A stretch of DNA of 63,624 nt, the filler included, from Folioceros fuciformis (taxonomy: Eukaryota), in assembly GCA_049999805.1 (NCBI GenBank). It is 6 parts of 6 records of this genome, joined end to end, with 100 filler letters (N's around TTAATTAATTAA, not from the genome) between each part and the next. Parts side by side here need not be neighbours in the genome. Positions count along the whole stretch, not along the records: positions 58,066 to 63,624 come from JBNGIO010003135.1; 5 more parts are not named here. The stretch is one strand, 5' to 3'. The translations under genes and the position numbers were made by a program. The notes below the pieces were generated by a model, which saw nothing but the letters and a program-made list of their open reading frames with translations, had not been told where the DNA came from and ran no database searches. Every line of letters begins with the position of its first letter. Position 1 is the stretch's first letter. Shown piece after piece: positions 60,105 through 63,624 of the stretch.

Positions 60105-61329
60105 AAGTACTTTACACAATTTGGTTTTGAACACTTTAATCACAACAACATATTTTGCCTTTCTGTCCAAGCCTTCTGCTGATAAACAAACAGCTTGTCG
60201 AGTAAGATTGTCTTGTATGAAAGCCGAAAGAACTTCTGTGAGTATACCCTCGACATCTTTCTTGGCTTGCCTGCCTTCCTTGAAGGCTTTTTGAGCGTCC
60301 CGAATTTTGGGGTTTTGTGAGGTGATAAAATCATGATGGCTTGATGGCAGGGTGTAGAGAAACACGGCTGTTGCCTTTACCTCATCAATTTGCCAGCCAG
60401 AGCTAGCTAGTTTGGCACAGGCTGTTCTGAAGGTAGATATGTGGTGCTAGGCCATATCTGTGTCCTTCATTTTTAGTGAGAACAAATTTCTCACTGTTAC
60501 CACCTTTGTGCCAAGATCTTGTGCTTGGTACAAGTTTGCAAGTTGTGACCAAGCTTGGACGGACGATGTTGTTCCATCGCTTAATGTAACATTTGTCGCT
60601 CCAGTCTTGCAAGTATAAGCCTCCTTGCTTTCTTATCCTTTTTCTTCCATTGATCCACGTTAGCCTGATTTGATTGTCCCGCATTGAGAACACCTTCTGG
60701 TTCCGTGCCATCCACTATCCCCATAAGGTCAGCCTCATCAAGGATGGAGGTCATGCGAACCACCCAGGTATCATAATCAAAACCGTTAAAATGGTCCCTA
60801 TCTTTTATGTCAACATTGTAGTTATGTATGGTGGTACCCATGTTATTAGATGTAGTGAGTGTTCCTGTCTAGTTGCTGGACCTGGACGGTTTTAGCGTCG
60901 TCTAGGAGTGTTGCTAGAAGAGGAGGGTCTCGCTAAATGATCTAGATAGAGTTTGATTGTCATGATTCTCTTTTCTGATGCTACAAGTCTGGATTCTAGT
61001 GTAGGTCGATCATGATTGTCAAATCTGCTAAATCTATGTTCTAAGAAGGTGAGGCGCAGTTCTTGGATAGGCTCTGTACATTTTGGGTTGTAGGGTGCTA
61101 CGTCTGCTAATTGGTCCAGGTGCCTCATTTCCCTTGTAGCGTTGAAACTTTCTACAGGGATACGCTTTATCCAGACATGTGAAGCATTTGCAATATTGCA
61201 GTTGCCTCTATATAGGATCCATTGTCTGCAATTTGCTTAGAACAAAATTTTCGTGATTAGGGATTCAGATCCCATCTTGTGATGGAAGGAGGGCAGCCTT
61301 CCTATGCTTGGCTTACAGCTTTGATACCA
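60105..61329 (-). mobile_element. Ty1/Copia 5' end (PBS, extra 5' ORF, gag); related to 54319-57826
   Basis: PBS TGGTATCAAAGC at 61318-61329; gag DRDHFNGFDYDTWVVRMTSILDE...WKKKDKKARRLIL. Confidence 0.8.
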
Positions 61330-61647
61330 TAACGCGAATTGGTCCTGAAGAGAAGAATCAATAAATTAAGTGTGTGAGCAGTACAGGGAGTTTGTGTTTT
61401 ATGATGCATCATGAAGAGACATGACTCTACGGAGAAGTGCATCAGTTTAATCTACATGCTACATGTGACTCATAAGCTAAATTATGAAAAGTGCCCTAAC
61501 TTGCTCAAGTGCGTTTTTGTCTTCCGACACGTTACTCACAACAACATCGTGGTGTCCAACTCTAGCTATAGTGATGGAAACATGAAAGTTTCCATTCTGT
61601 AAACTTTCCTAGAGCGGAGAGCGTTGGAGAGAAGAGACTTGGTCTCA

Positions 61648-63624
61648 TGAAACAACAATAATTGAATTAAAGGAAAAAGTCTTTAAGTACAAAATTGTAG
61701 ATAACTAAGTGACTTTTCATTTTTGGGATTGGTTACTTGACCTAACTTATATGTTTGATTAAAGTCCAAGTGACATGGTTATCAGAGGACCCTAACCTTG
61801 TTCAACACACCCCCTCAACCACGACACGACAAAGTAACGCAATAAGCATAGCCCGAAGATGACGTGCATGCTCCACTTGGTGTTGTCCACCTGCGCGCTT
61901 GCAATAGCAGCATTCCTTCTAGCCAAATACTGGCAACAAGAGTAAAAAACGGGCATGGAGACAGCAAGGAGGCGATGCAGCTGACATCCCAGATTAGTAG
62001 CAGCAGCAAGTGGCGATTGGATGTGGATGGTTAGCTTCATCCGCCATTGTCTGCTGATTTGTTTATGAAAAACAAACACCTGTCCAGACCTGCTAATTGA
62101 AAAACCTTAGTCTGTATGCAGGTTCTATAACATCTGGCTTCTGCACATCACTGTTCAGAACTGGAAGGGAGAACAGCTAAGTAGTTGATGAGACCCATAG
62201 CTTCCATGTGAAAGTTGTGCTTAGTAGTAGGCAGAATTTTAGTAAGCAGGTCTACCGTGTTGAGGTCAGTAGGGATGTACTCGACCTTGACAAATTTCCT
62301 TTCAACAAAATGACGCACAAAATGGTGCTGGATTTCTATGTGCTTAGTCCGGGCATGAAATCGAGGGTTTCCTACCAGGGCTATTGTCGATTGATTATCA
62401 CAGTATATGGCAGTGGGTGCAGGTTGCTTGAAGGACAAGGCAGCAAGGAATGTCCTTTCCCACTTGGCCTCCTTGGCTGAGGCTGTAAGGGCTTTATACT
62501 CAGCCTCCGTAGATGAGAGAGCAACTAACGATTGTCTCTTAGAGCTCCAGTTTACCACAACATCTGAAAGGAAGAAGCAGTATGCTGAGAGACTTCGACG
62601 GCTCTCAGGATTAGTAGCCCAGTCTACATCAGCATAGCCCACCAAGGTGATATCTTGTCCTTTCCCTCTAAAGCATAATCCATAGGTTGAAGTTCCTCTT
62701 AAATATCGTAGAATGCGCTGTACTACTCCCCAGTGCTCCTTACCTGGGTTTTCCAGGAACTGAGACACGGAGCTAACAGCATGTTGGATGTCAGGCCTAG
62801 TCTACTAACTTGTGTAGTTCAAGCAGCCCACAGCGTGATGATAAGGGACTTCATACATAGCTGCCTCCTCATGCTCATCCTGGGGGGATTGCTCGGAAGT
62901 AAGCTTGACTCCAATGTTGCCAGGGGTATTTATTGACTGGTTTGGCTTGATCTAGGTTGAAACGACGTAAGGTCTCATTGATATATTTTGTTTGATGGAG
63001 GACAAGGGTTCTATTTGCCCTGTCCCTGAGCAACTGGACACCTAGGACAAATGTAAGTTGTCCGATGTCCTTCATGTCGTATTCCTTATGCAGCATTGCC
63101 TTTACTCACTCCAGTAACTCTTTGTTGTTTGACACGAGGATGGCGTCATCTACGTAGAGAGCCATGATGACGATGTGGCCACCTTTGGTATACATGTAGA
63201 CGTTGGCATCTGCAGGATTTTGAAGGAAACCAATTGATCTCAGGTATATGTCTATACATTTATACCATTCACGGGCACTTTGTTTGAGCCCGTACAGGGT
63301 TTTCTTCAGCTTGCAAACCCAGTCAGGGTGCTCACGATCCTCAAAGCCTTCAGGTTGGACCAAATATATTTCTTCTTCTAATTCCCCATAGAGAAATGCA
63401 GTAGATACATCTATCTACTCTAGGTCCCAATCTCGTGCAGCAACCAGAGCTAGAATCATTCTAATAGTTTGCGTTTTGACTACAGGGCTGAATGTTTCAT
63501 TAAAATCAATGCCAGCAACTTGTGAGAAACCACGTGCTACCAAACGAGATTTATGGCGTGCCATCTGTCCATCTGCATTAAGTTTATGTTTGAAAACCCA
63601 TTTGCAGCTCACAGCCTTACGGCC
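61648..63624 (-). mobile_element. Ty1/Copia 3' half (RT, RNase H, PPT, LTR ~61648-61807)
   Basis: CKWVFK, HKSRLVARGF, YVDD, GYADVDW and ARTKHIEI; a purine tract followed by TGTTGAA at 61807. The far LTR boundary is uncertain. Confidence 0.92.

Overview
Land-plant nuclear DNA. A hornwort is the most likely source (a fern or lycophyte is possible), inferred from a GRP-ending DYW:KP PPR protein and Arabidopsis-type telomere repeats. Six contigs are joined by artificial 100-bp spacers (N44-TTAATTAATTAA-N44), so adjacency across the gaps is not trustworthy. Most of the window is nested, degenerate LTR retrotransposons: mainly Ty1/Copia, one Ty3/Gypsy, plus L1 and CRE-like non-LTR fragments. There are two intact intronless host ORFs. 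One is a secreted GDSL esterase/lipase with a Ser/Pro/Thr-rich tail. The other is a 1284-aa PLS-class PPR protein with an N-terminal OSB-type PDF motif and a C-terminal DYW:KP domain (candidate U-to-C RNA editing factor), ending about 550 bp from a telomere tract. The least-explained signals are all in the retroelements: (i) a homologous antisense ORF between RNase H and the PPT in 2-3 Copia copies, (ii) a homologous extra ORF upstream of gag in two others, (iii) a Copia LTR family ending AGTT...AACT instead of TG...CA, and (iv) two insertions flanked by long (76 and ~262 bp) duplications. All alignments were done by eye; no searches were run.
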